Assembly: GCA_035221665.1 (NCBI GenBank)
Contig: CM069155.1
Coordinates: 33,418,001 to 33,482,000 of the forward strand
Direction: 5' to 3'
Length of the DNA stretch: 64,000 nucleotides
Source: Okamejei kenojei
Taxonomy: Eukaryota
The notes under the pieces were generated by a model. That model worked only from the letters and a program-made list of their open reading frames with translations. It made no database searches and had not been told where the DNA came from. The position numbers and the translations under genes are program-made. Numbering within the stretch: the stretch's first letter is position 1; every line of letters starts with the position of its first letter. Of the stretch, positions 25,222-36,084 are shown one piece after another.

Positions 25222-25361
25222 TCTTCTTCTTCTTTCGTGTGGCATGCGCAGCCTAAAGTTGTTGGACAACTTGTTCTATCTGATCTTCCGTTTGTGCACG
25301 TCGAGTTGATTGCATTAGTTGAAACGGGGCGGACCACGTGAAGGTTGCAATCTCCCACCCC
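25222..25361 (-). mobile_element. 140-bp non-autonomous retroposon: HDV-like ribozyme head + 3' body + (GAA)n tail
   Basis: 15-bp TSD acccctcatcctcct at 25207-25221 and 25362-25376; inserted in a CR1 fragment; near-identical independent copy at 49825-49960. Confidence 0.85.
25308..25361 (-). ncRNA. Putative minimal HDV-like self-cleaving ribozyme (54 nt)
   Basis: GGGGUGG-GA-GAUUGCA-ACC-UUCACGU-GGU-CCGCCCC-GUUUCAA-CUAA-UGCAAUC: P1 7 bp, P2 7 bp, P3 3 bp, 7-nt L3, J4/2 CUAA; manual pairing only. Confidence 0.75.
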
Positions 25362-25827
25362 ACCCCTCATCCTCCTGCGCTCCAAGGAGTAGAGTCCCAG
25401 CCTGCTCAACCTCTCCCTATAGCTCTGGCCTTCAATACATGTTTGTATTTAAAAAATAATCTTTGCCGACAATCTCAGGTTATGTCCATTGTTTACATTT
25501 ATTAATTTTCTTCTTTCATATATTATTGATACATTGTCACATCCACTGGACATCATAGATCGATCGTAATCAATATTCTTGCGATTTATTTATTGTGGTT
25601 CTCGTTAATAGCCTTTGCATCAGTTATGAACACCCAACCTCTGATCCTGCCTGCGAGAAACTGATAAATGAACTTGCCCAGGGTGGGCCTTCCACACATA
25701 CTGAATAAATATCCAGCTCAATGTCAAATGTCAAGCAAGCAATTAGATTAAAAGGTATTTTTAGATGCTTTTGGCGCCAGAGGAGATTGGTATTAAAGAG
25801 GAAGAAGCGATAAGGGTGAATAAGACT

Positions 25828-26126
25828 TTACTTTAGACTTTAGGAATACAGTGCAGAAATAGGCCCTTTGGCCCACCGTGTTGACACCGACCAACCATCC
25901 CTGTCCGGTACACTAACACACTAGGGAAATTTACCATTATACCAAAAAATTAAAGTACAAACCTGTACGTCTTTGGAGTGTGGGAGGAAACCGGAGCACC
26001 CGGAGAAATTTTACGCAGTCACAGGGAGAAGGTACAAACTCCGTACAGACAGCTCCCATAGTCAGGATCAAACCCTGGTTCCTGGGGCAGTAAGGCAGCA
26101 ACTCTACACTGCTCTTCTGTGCCACC
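25828..26126 (-). mobile_element. HE1-type SINE
   Basis: Core and tail similarity. Confidence 0.8.
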
Positions 26127-26237
26127 GAATATTGTGTGCTGCAGATTATTGTGACCGGGAAACTGAAAACAAATGTTACATATTCAGTTTTCATATGTTG
26201 TTGTGCCTGAAGTGTTTTTCTTGCAATACATTTACAG

Positions 26238-26408
26238 GGAATAAGTGCTTTCTTGGTACCAATGCCCACACCAGGGCTCTCCTTGGGAAAGAAAGAAGAT
26301 AAATTGGGAATTCGAGCATCCTCCACTGCAAACCTGATTTTTGAAGACTGCAGACTTCCTCGGGAAAATTTATTGGGTGAACCAGGACTTGGATTCAAAA
26401 TAGCCATG
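26238..26408 (+). CDS. ACADS: ACADS coding exon 6 (intact copy)
   Basis: ttacAG acceptor, GTATGA donor; 171 bp; [57 protein letters not shown]. Confidence 0.97.
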
Positions 26409-27267
26409 GTATGAGCTTATACTATTTGAACATCTATGTATAAAATTTGTTCTGATTGAAGTATGGAATACCACAACTGGCATTTGAACCTTTGGAATTT
26501 CACCTCAGTAATCAAAGGTGTGAACACTAAAACAATGTAATGTGAATCATTGTGTGAGCAGCACCATGTACAGGAACTACCGATGTTAAAGCACAAAGTG
26601 CTGGAGTAACTCAGTGAGGTAGGCAACATCTTTGAAGAGCATGGGAAGGCGACATTTCGGGATAGCACACTTTGGCCTGCCCCCTCCTCTCTCCCAGCTT
26701 TACACCCCCCCCCCCCCCCCCCTTACAATCAGTCTGAGGAAGGGTGCCGACCCGAAATTTGAAACATCACCTATCCATGTTTGGGTCTGCACCCTTCTTC
26801 AGGCTGATGGAGTAGAGGGAGGTTGGTTGTAGAGAGAGGTGAGGGAAAGGGATGGGGCAAGAGCTAGTGATAGGTGGTTCCAAGAAAGGTGGGTGAATAA
26901 CTTCCTCTTTAATAAACTTTGTATGAATGCAAAGAAAATACACAAATATAGTGCAAAATGTGTAACAGAACGCATTGGCTCGGGAATTGATGCAATGAGA
27001 ATTAACATCTAAAGGAAAAGAGCATCTACAGTTTCTCAGTATTATTTCAGTTTAGCTATTAATATTATTAGGAAAACAATAAGAATGTAAGCAAAGTATG
27101 CAAACTTTTTCCCCTGAATCTCAGTGCTTGGAAAAGGTGAGCAGGTTAGAGTATCAACATTGATATGTGAATGTCAAGTCAAGCTTAACGAGATTAGCTG
27201 ATTTTTTAAAAGCAATACTAACGTGGTACATGAACATTTTTCTGAGGATGATATATATGCTGACTGA

Positions 27268-27625
27268 TTATAGAGTAATAGAGTGATACAGTGTAGAAGC
27301 AGGCCGTTCGGCCCAACACGTCCACACCGGCCAACAATGTCCCAGCTACCCTAGTCCCACTTGCCTGCGCTTGGTCCATAACCCTCCAAACCTGTCCTAT
27401 CCATGTACCTGTCCGACTGTTTCATAAACGATGGGATAGCCCCAGCCTCAACTACCTCCTCTGGCAGCTTGTTCCTCAAACCCACCACCCTCTGTGTGGA
27501 AAATGTTACCCCTCGGATTCCTATTAAATCTTTTCCCCTTCACCTTGAACCTATGTCCTCTGGTCCTCGATTCCCCTATTCTGGGTAAAAGACTGTGCAT
27601 CTGCCTGATCTATTCCTCTCATGAT
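27268..27625 (-). mobile_element. CR1 LINE 3' end
   Basis: Reverse RT end and tail. Confidence 0.8.
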
Positions 27626-28713
27626 TTAGCACGCAACAAAAGGTTTTCACTGTACCTAGATCCATGTGACAATATACTAAACTAAACTGTAACTGTATAA
27701 ACCTCCACATAAGATGTTGATAACAAAACTGGGAGGGCCTTATGAACGGTCACTTGAAGAAACAGAACAAATCCCGAGGGACAGAGGGTGCCAAGTGGGT
27801 TAGTGGGGATGTGAGTGGGGTGGGCTGTGGGCATGCAGAGGAAAGAGAGAAAGAGCCGAGGAAGTGACGAGAAGTGGAAGTAGGCACAAGCGAGAGAGGG
27901 AAGGGGAAGAGTCCAGGAGAATGAAAAATCGAAGGGAAAAAAATGGAAGGAGTGTGAGAGCGAAGGGTCAAAGCTGAGAGGTCACACGTGGGAAGGAGAA
28001 GGATGGAGGGAGCTGTAAGAGAGAAAAACGGGGAGATAATAGGGGAGCCAAGAGGAAGAAAGTTGACATACTTTATTTTCCTCTCCTCACTGGTGGCTGA
28101 ATGTTTCTATTTTGATGTTTTTTTTTATTTTTTTGTCTCCAGCTGCCAGTTTTTAGAGTAATGTTAGAGTACTTTGATAACGTTAGTCTTCACCCTACTA
28201 CCACAGGCATTTCCTTGCTTCTCTCCACATCCCCCTCCTAAACAGCTTAAATCACACTTGCTTTCTCACTTTGCCTGCTGAGATAAAAGCTTCTCAACTG
28301 GAAACGTTGTCTCTGCTTCCGTCCCCACGGATGCTACTTGAGCCACTGAGCTTTTTTTGTGTTCTTGTGATATGTTTCCAAAGCAATTTGCTTTTCCATT
28401 TGAACATTTTTAGAATGTGTAAATTAACAAACGTTGAAAGCCTCTGAGTTATAGGATTTGAGAGCATAGTTAGAGAGAGCACGTTTCCCCTGCCAGAAAT
28501 TAAGAATATTCAGCACATAACTATAAATTAGGCTGTTCAACTCGTCCAGAAAGCTGTTAAGTTTTTTCAGTTGAAAATTTCAGGACTGAATTTCACAAAG
28601 AGTATGACGAACAGCTCTCTGTGAGATATATCAATCATGATTTATTTAAATAAAGGTGATATCTACAGCAGTCTGATTATCAAACTTGTGGAACTATTAA
28701 AAAAAACACCAAT

Positions 28714-28975
28714 AGTTTAGGTTAGAGAAACAGCCCCTTCAGCCCACCAAGTCCGCACCGACCAGCAATCTCCCATGCATTAGTTCTATGCTACACATTG
28801 GGGACAATTTCCAAAAGCAAATGAACCTACAAACCTGCACGCCTTTGCAAAATGGGAGGAAACTGGAGCGCCCAGAGAAAACCCATGCAGTCACAGGGAG
28901 AACGTGCAAACTCGGAACAGACAGCCAAACCTGGTCTCAAGCGTGTATGGCAGCAGTTCTACTGCTCCGCGACTC
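28714..28975 (-). mobile_element. HE1-type SINE
   Basis: Diverged copy. Confidence 0.75.
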
Positions 28976-29043
28976 TGCTGCATGCAATAGGGCTCTGCAA
29001 ATGGCCCTCCATGTTTTGCTGCTTTAAGTGAATGAATGTGGTT

Positions 29044-29478
29044 ACATAGAAATAGAAAATAGGTGCAGGAATAGGCCATTCGGCCCTTCGAGCCAGCACT
29101 GCCTTTCAATATGATCATGGCTAATCATCCAAAATCAGTACCCCGTTCCTGCTTTCTCCCCATATCTCTTGATTCCGTTAGCCCTAAGAGCTATATCTAA
29201 CTCTCTCTTGAATACATCCAGTGAATTGGCTTCCACTGCCTTCTGTGGTAGAGAATTCCACAGATTCACAACTATCTGGGTGAAAAAATGTTTCCTCATC
29301 TCAGTCCTAAATGGCCTACCCCCTATTCTTAAACTGTGACCCCTGGTTTTGGACTGTCCCAACATCAGGAACATTTTTCCTGCATCTAGCCTGTCCAATC
29401 GCTTAAGAAATGTATATGTTTCTATAAGATCCCCTTTCATCCTTCCAAATTCCAGTGAATACAAGCCCAGTCGATCCA
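29044..29478 (-). mobile_element. CR1 LINE 3' end
   Basis: DRLGLYSLEFGRMKGDLIETY...NLWNSLPQKAVEA...GY*. Confidence 0.9.
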
Positions 29479-30204
29479 TGGTTGGAATAAAGTGTGGTTG
29501 TCCAGTTGTTTGAATCTTGCAAATCAAGCACTTGTGTAATTGAGCATCTGAGAGGAACAAGTGCATGCCCTCAACAATAGGTCACAGTCTTTATTTGGAC
29601 CTGAATAAGATCATTAATTTCAAGAAAAAGCTTACATCAAGATGTTTAATACATGAAAATGTTGAGGCTTCCTGGTAAAAAACAAACTTCCTCAATTTTG
29701 AAATAATTTTCTTTACACCAGCAAACCTCATGTAGGCATATCCTGATCTACCCTCCAAATAAAAGGCAAGGTGTAAGTGCGGACACAAGAAACTACAGTT
29801 GCTTATTGGCAGGAAAAAACACAAAGTACTGGAGTAACACAGTGGCCCGAAACATCACCTATCCATGTACTCCAGAGATACTGCCTGACCCGCTGAGTTA
29901 CTCCAACACTTTATTTTTTTTTCCAGGTATAGATGTGCTACTTTAAGATGAGCTTGGTCTGATAATTTTACAGAGTACAATATTATAATGCTGTAAAAAA
30001 GCGTGCTAGAGCAACTCAGTGGGTCAGGCAGCATCTCTGGAGAGCATGGATAGGTGACGTTTTGCTTTGGGTCCCTTCTTCGGGCTGGTGTAATATAATG
30101 TTGTTACTTGTTTGTAAAGGCATACTTTTAAATTATATTTTGCTTCATGAAAGCTATGTTTTAATTTTTTTCTTTTGCTACAAATTGTTTTTCTGGTTAA
30201 TTAA

Positions 30205-30912
30205 CCTGAGGTATAGAAGTTGGGAGGTCATGTTGCAGTTGCATAAGACTTTGGTGAGGACGCATTTTGAGTATTGTGTGCAGTTATGGGTACTATGCAA
30301 TAGGAAAGATGTTGTCAAGCTGGAAAAGGTACAGAGAAGATTTACTAGGATGGTGCCAGGACTGGAGAGCCTGAGTTATAGGGAGAGGTTGAGTAGGCTT
30401 GGACTCTTCCTTGGAGAGCAGGAGGATGAGGTGTGATCTTATAGAGGTGTATAAAATCACGAGAGGAATAGATCGGGTAGATACACTGAGTCTCTTGGCT
30501 AGAGTAAGTGAATCGAAGACCAGAGGACATCGCTTTGAGGAGAAGGGGAAAAGATTTAATAGGAACCTGAGGGGTAACTTTTTCACACAAAGGGTGATGG
30601 GTGTATGGAACAAGCTGCAGAGGAGGTAGTTGAGGCAGGGACTATACCAACATTTAAGAATAGTTAGACAGGTACATGGATAGGACAGGGTTGAAGAGAT
30701 ATGATCAAATGCAGGCAAGTGGGACTAGTGTTGCAGGAACATAGACAAAGGTGCTGGAGAAACTCAGCGGGTGCAGCAGCATCAATGGAGCGAAGGAAAT
30801 AGGCAACGTTTCGGGCCAAAACCCTTCTTCAGTTGTAGGGACATGTTGTCCGGTGGGGGCATGTTGGGCCGAAGGGCCTGTTTCTACACTGTATCACTCT
30901 ATGACTCTATAA
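30205..30912 (+). mobile_element. CR1 LINE 3' fragment with Penelope end inserted at about 30732-30832
   Basis: LVRTHFEYCVQLW...LEKVQRRFTRMVPGL...RGNFFTQRV. Confidence 0.85.
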
Positions 30913-31792
30913 CTCTTTGCCTATATGTTCCGTCAAATGGCTTAAGGCATTTCTTGGGTTAGACAAGGAATACAGTGAGCATAGCCATGCATTCAGTGAT
31001 CTATCCTTGGCGTGAGAATGTGAGTTGGAGCCAGAGACCATAAACAAAGTCCTGCTTGGTTGGATTCTCCATGTAGCAACTGAATAAATACATCCGTAAT
31101 CTCTGGATCATAATTCAAGGCATTTAATTGTCATGTTCGAAAGATTAAGTGTTCAGTACAGCATGCCTCTGTGCTCTTTTTAACATCCTATTTTTATTGA
31201 ACACCAAACCTTTTTTTTAGAGCATTCTTGGCCATGAAAGCTAGCTAGTGGAACTGAATTAATTCACCAAGTTTTTTACATTAATTACCGTTTTAATTTT
31301 AGTCGCCTGGTGAGGTATGGGCTAAGGCACAGGGTTTCCAATCTGAGATTGGTGTTCTATTTTTGTGCTTTTTTTCTGATTCTTTGTCACTTGTGAGTCA
31401 TGCACAGTTCATACTATACAAGGTCTATACTTAGACTTGTTCTTGCTTTATAATGTGTTATTTGTTCGCACCCTCTTCAAAGATTTTTCAGAGAGAGAAA
31501 TTCCTTGCCTTTCACTATTCCCTTCCATTAGACTCTTTCCAATTTATAGTACAACAATGCATGATGCAATGAGCTTTGTATGTCCTGCAAGTCTCTCTTT
31601 GTATAAAATATGGGTACAGGTACACCATGGATTTTCCAACACCCTTGGTTCCAGAGCCTTGCCGGATGCTCCATTTTGTTGGACCAACAGAGGTCACGTA
31701 ATAATAATTCAACAATCTGACCCACTAACTAATTGTACCTCTCCCGTGTCTCTTAATCACCATTGGCTGTTAGAAACCTAAATAAAGGATTA

Positions 31793-32095
31793 CTTATTTA
31801 CTGCCTATTCTGCCTCCTGGCATGTAGGGCAGCAACGAAGGTCCTCCACTCAGTAGTGTTGATTCCTTCAGTTGCTGTTTCTGTAACATGTGTGTTTTAA
31901 GAGACGTGGTTGTTAGTCCTGTCCTCAACCTCCAACCTTGAGGACCAGTGGATCGCTCTTCGTCTCGCCTCTGCCCTTCGACCTGTCCAGCATGGCAGAC
32001 CCTAACAGGAGACGAATCTCCCGCTGGCGTAGCTCCAGGGGTCACTGAGACACACAAACTCCCCGACCACGACAAGGCTGCAATCCAACGGGGAG
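31793..32095 (-). mobile_element. 303-bp bipartite RTE-derived non-autonomous retroposon (RTE 5'UTR fused to RTE 3' end)
   Basis: 13-bp TSD aaataaaggatta (31780-31792) / aaatagaggatta (32096-32108); 5' part gccttgtcgtgg typical of RTE 5'UTRs; 3' part encodes WRTFVAALHAR then tandem tail; second copy in duplicated block about 44603-44934. Confidence 0.75.
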
Positions 32096-32536
32096 AAATA
32101 GAGGATTAACAATTAACAAACAAGTTAACAATGAACTCTTTCAGCATGGAGGCACTCGACCCAAAAGGAAGTGCGCCACACAAAATGCTGTCGTAATTTT
32201 GTCTGGAATAATGGAGGTGCCTGACCACCATGCGCTGGAAAATCAGTGGTGGACCTGTATCTAACCATGGGTCCATTTTTGTTGCAGAGGTGTACAGTTC
32301 CAGATTAATATTTGCAAGGGAGAGAGGAGGGAAGGTGGTGCAGGAGACTTTCTTACCCATATTCTATTTGATGCCATGAGATTCATAGGATCTGGAGTTG
32401 ATTTGGTGGATCCCACATCTTATTTCCCACTGTACAACCATTTCTGGTAGGATAGGACGTGCCTAGTGGTTGTGATGGAGGAGTCAGGTACATTGTACGG
32501 AGGGTATCATTTTGTGAGCAGGTTGACAACAGTTAT

Positions 32537-32842
32537 TTCAGTTTAGTTCAGAGATACAGTGAGGAAACAGGCCAATTGGCCCACCAAGTCTGCACCGACC
32601 AGCGATCCCTGCACGTTTACACTATCCTGCACACATTAGGGACAATTTACACATACACCAAGCCAATTAACCTACATACCTGGACGTCTTTGGAGTGTGG
32701 GAGGAAACGGAAGATCTCAGAGAAAACCCACGCGGTCACGTGGAGAACATGCAAACTCCGTACAGACAGCACCCGTAGTCAGGATCGAAACCGGTTCTCC
32801 AGCGCTGTCAGGCAGCAACTCTATCGCCGCGCCAGCGTGCCG
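32537..32842 (-). mobile_element. HE1-type SINE
   Basis: Full-length copy. Confidence 0.85.
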
Positions 32843-33411
32843 TCCACGATTGCGTTAATGTTGTCGACTCTGTAGAGATTGCATCACGTCTTACAACAGT
32901 GCATTTTTGAAAAATCGAAGGCAGGTCGCTTGTTATGAAGGAAGTCCCAGTTAGAGATGGTGGTTGGCAATGTACACTCTTTCTTTCATTACATAGCCTT
33001 GTTTTTAATTCAATGTCTTACTATATTACAGAATCTTAGATAGTTAATAAAGGAGATACTGAGATAATGGCCGCATGATAAAGCGCTTTGGGGCATCATC
33101 TCCCGTCAATATCTTTTTTCCTCTTGCTTGGCTCCTTTTAAAAAAAACACACAAAGACTATCTCAACAATGTTTTGATGATCTGTCCTAATAACGTCTAA
33201 TGTGGCTTGGTGTCAAATTGTTATTGGCAATGCTCTTGTGAAGTGCCAAGAGTTGTTTTATTGCATTGAAGGGAGCGAATAAATGAAAGTTTGTTGATGT
33301 GGTGCGCTGTCTCATAAGACGGGCACAGTTTGCCACACAGGAACATCTGTAGTGAAAGATTGCTGCTTTGAAGGGGGTGGAGGCAACCTGGAACTGTCCG
33401 TGAGCTGTCAC

Positions 33412-33731
33412 GGGCGGTGGCTCGGTGGCGCAGCGGTAGAGCCACTGCCATACAGCGCCAGAGACCCGGTTCGATCCTGACTATCGGTGCTGGTCTATAC
33501 GGAGTTTGTACGTTCTCCCTGTGACCTGCGTGGGTTTTCTCTGAGATCTTCTGTTTCCTCCCACACTCCAAAGACGTACAGGTTTGTAGGTTAATTGGCT
33601 TGGTATGAATGTAAAATGATCCATAGTGTGTGTAGGGTAGTGTTAAAAGTGTGCGGGATCACTGGTCGGTATGGACACGATGGGCCAAAGGGCTTGTTTC
33701 CGCGCGGCATCTCTAAACTAAACTAAACTAA
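33412..33731 (+). mobile_element. HE1-type SINE
   Basis: ggtggcgcagcggtagag head, (ctaaa)n tail. Confidence 0.85.
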
Positions 33732-34029
33732 GTTGCTGGTGTTCATACAACAGGTGGCACTTTCTCCCTTTTTGCTGATCCGGAGCTTGTCTCGAGAGTT
33801 TATTTTATAGTTTGATCTCAATGGTTTAATGGTTCAGTAGTTCTTTATTGCCACGTGCACTGCACAGTGAATGTTTTTTGCGTAGCTTACACATGCACGG
33901 GTCGCCATATTTTAGCGCCATTTGCAAAAGTCCAAAGTCCGTCCGACACGCTCTATATACTGGAGCGACTCCCGATCCAGGTAAGGCCTAGGCTGCTGCA
34001 GGGCCTCCTCTCCTCCCGTTGCCCCGACC

Positions 34030-34845
34030 AAGATTCAAGATTCAAGAGAGTTTATTGTCATGTGTCCCCAGATAGACAATGAAATTCTTACTTTGCTTCA
34101 GCAACAACAGAATATAGTAGCATGAAACAGAATAGATCAGTGTGTCCATATACCATTAATAAATATATACAGACTTGAATAAATAAGCAGATAAAGTGCA
34201 AATAAGCAGATAATGGTCTATTAATGTTTCAGAGTTTTGTTTCAGTTGACTTTAATAACCTGATGGCTGTGGGGAAGAAGCTATTCCTGAACCTGGACTT
34301 GCAGCCCTCAGGCTCATGTACCTTCTACCTGAAGGTAGCAGGGAGATGAGTGAGTGGACAGGATGGCGTGGGTCCTTGATGATGCTGCCAGCCTTTTTTG
34401 ACGCAGCGATAGATCCCCTCGATGGTGGGTAGGTCAGAGCTGATGATGGACTTTTTAAAGTATTTTCCTCTCCTGGCCGCTCAAGTTGCCGAACCAAGCC
34501 AGCATGCTCTCTAGTGTGCACCTGTTCAAGTTAGAGAGAGTCCTAGAGAGAAGAAGAGGTGCTGATGTGCTTTCTTTATAATTGCATCAGTGTTCACGTT
34601 CCAGGAGAGATCTTCAGAAATATGCACACCCAGGAATTTGAAGCTCTTGACCCTCTCCACCATATATTGATATAAAAGGGACTGTGGGTCCCCATCCTAC
34701 CCCTTCCAAAGTTCACAATCAGTTCCATGGTTTTGCTGGTGTTGAGGGCCAGGTTATTGAGCTGGCACCATTTGGTCAGTCGGTCGATCTCTCCTCTATA
34801 CTCTGACTCGTCCCCATCAGTTATACGTCCCACAACAGCGGTGTC
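34030..34845 (-). mobile_element. Rex/Babar-type LINE fragment
   Basis: GRITDGDESEYRGEIDRLTKWCQLNNLALNTSKTMELIVNF; IIKDPRHP.HSLISLLPSGRRY; (ttgaatc)n tail. Confidence 0.8.
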
Positions 34846-35136
34846 TCCTGCTGCCGTCCTTGCAGACGCCGGAGCAATTCCCCGGTCGGTCCCTCTCCTA
34901 CGCCTCGCGTCCGCCGTCGTCAGCGTTTCCCTCCTCCTCAGCTCTTCTTTCTTCGAGGCCGAGCTCGATGGCTACCGAGCTTTCTCCCTTGCAGGCGGCG
35001 GCGCTGCACGGGTCCGTCCTTGCAGCGACGAGCCCTATCCTTATTCCTAATCATTTTTGCAAACCCCGCTGCACACGGGGGCAATTACTGACCGAACACT
35101 TAATGCAGCCCGGCAGACCTAAAATGGCTGTGTCAA

Positions 35137-35769
35137 NNNNNNNNNNNNNNNNNNNNNNNNNNNNNNNNNNNNNNNNNNNNNNNNNNNNNNNNNNNNNNNN
35201 NNNNNNNNNNNNNNNNNNNNNNNNNNNNNNNNNNNNNNNNNNNNNNNNNNNNNNNNNNNNNNNNNNNNNNNNNNNNNNNNNNNNNNNNNNNNNNNNNNNN
35301 NNNNNNNNNNNNNNNNNNNNNNNNNNNNNNNNNNNNNNNNNNNNNNNNNNNNNNNNNNNNNNNNNNNNNNNNNNNNNNNNNNNNNNNNNNNNNNNNNNNN
35401 NNNNNNNNNNNNNNNNNNNNNNNNNNNNNNNNNNNNNNNNNNNNNNNNNNNNNNNNNNNNNNNNNNNNNNNNNNNNNNNNNNNNNNNNNNNNNNNNNNNN
35501 NNNNNNNNNNNNNNNNNNNNNNNNNNNNNNNNNNNNNNNNNNNNNNNNNNNNNNNNNNNNNNNNNNNNNNNNNNNNNNNNNNNNNNNNNNNNNNNNNNNN
35601 NNNNNNNNNNNNNNNNNNNNNNNNNNNNNNNNNNNNNNNNNNNNNNNNNNNNNNNNNNNNNNNNNNNNNNNNNNNNNNNNNNNNNNNNNNNNNNNNNNNN
35701 NNNNNNNNNNNNNNNNNNNNNNNNNNNNNNNNNNNNNNNNNNNNNNNNNNNNNNNNNNNNNNNNNNNNN
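35137..35769. other. Assembly gap (633 N)
   Basis: Run of N separating the two copies of the repeated block. Confidence 1.
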
Positions 35770-36084
35770 GGGGTTGGATGATATGTGGTTGTTGGTTATG
35801 GTTGGTAGTTGTTTGATTTTTTGTGTTTTTGGAGATTGGTGGGGTGGGATAGGGGTAATTTGAATGTTGGTGTGGTAGGGGATGTATGGGATGGGTATTG
35901 AAGGATATGTTATATTGATGTAGTTGTTGGTGTTATATAATAGAATATATTATGAAATGGGGGGGGAAGAGGTGAAGAATTGAAGGTGTGGGGGGTTTTT
36001 GGGTGAGGTAGGGAGGAATATGGTGGTGAATTGTGATGGTGGGGGTGGGTGGTATTAAGGTGATTGGGGAGGATGAATGGGGAA

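Larger units (their letters stand above)
24840..25430 (-). mobile_element. CR1 LINE 3' end (host of ribozyme retroposon)
   Basis: Reverse RLGLYSLERRRMRG / DLIEVYKIMRGID reading resumes across the insertion. Confidence 0.85.

Noticed and set aside
34860-35816. 318-aa ORF and the ORFs at 18686-19005
   Set aside because: Open only because they run through N gaps
35770-36084. G/T-rich, nearly C-free stretch (telomere- or bisulfite-like)
   Set aside because: No repeat unit; sits at the contig start and grades into the error-rich copy, so likely read noise
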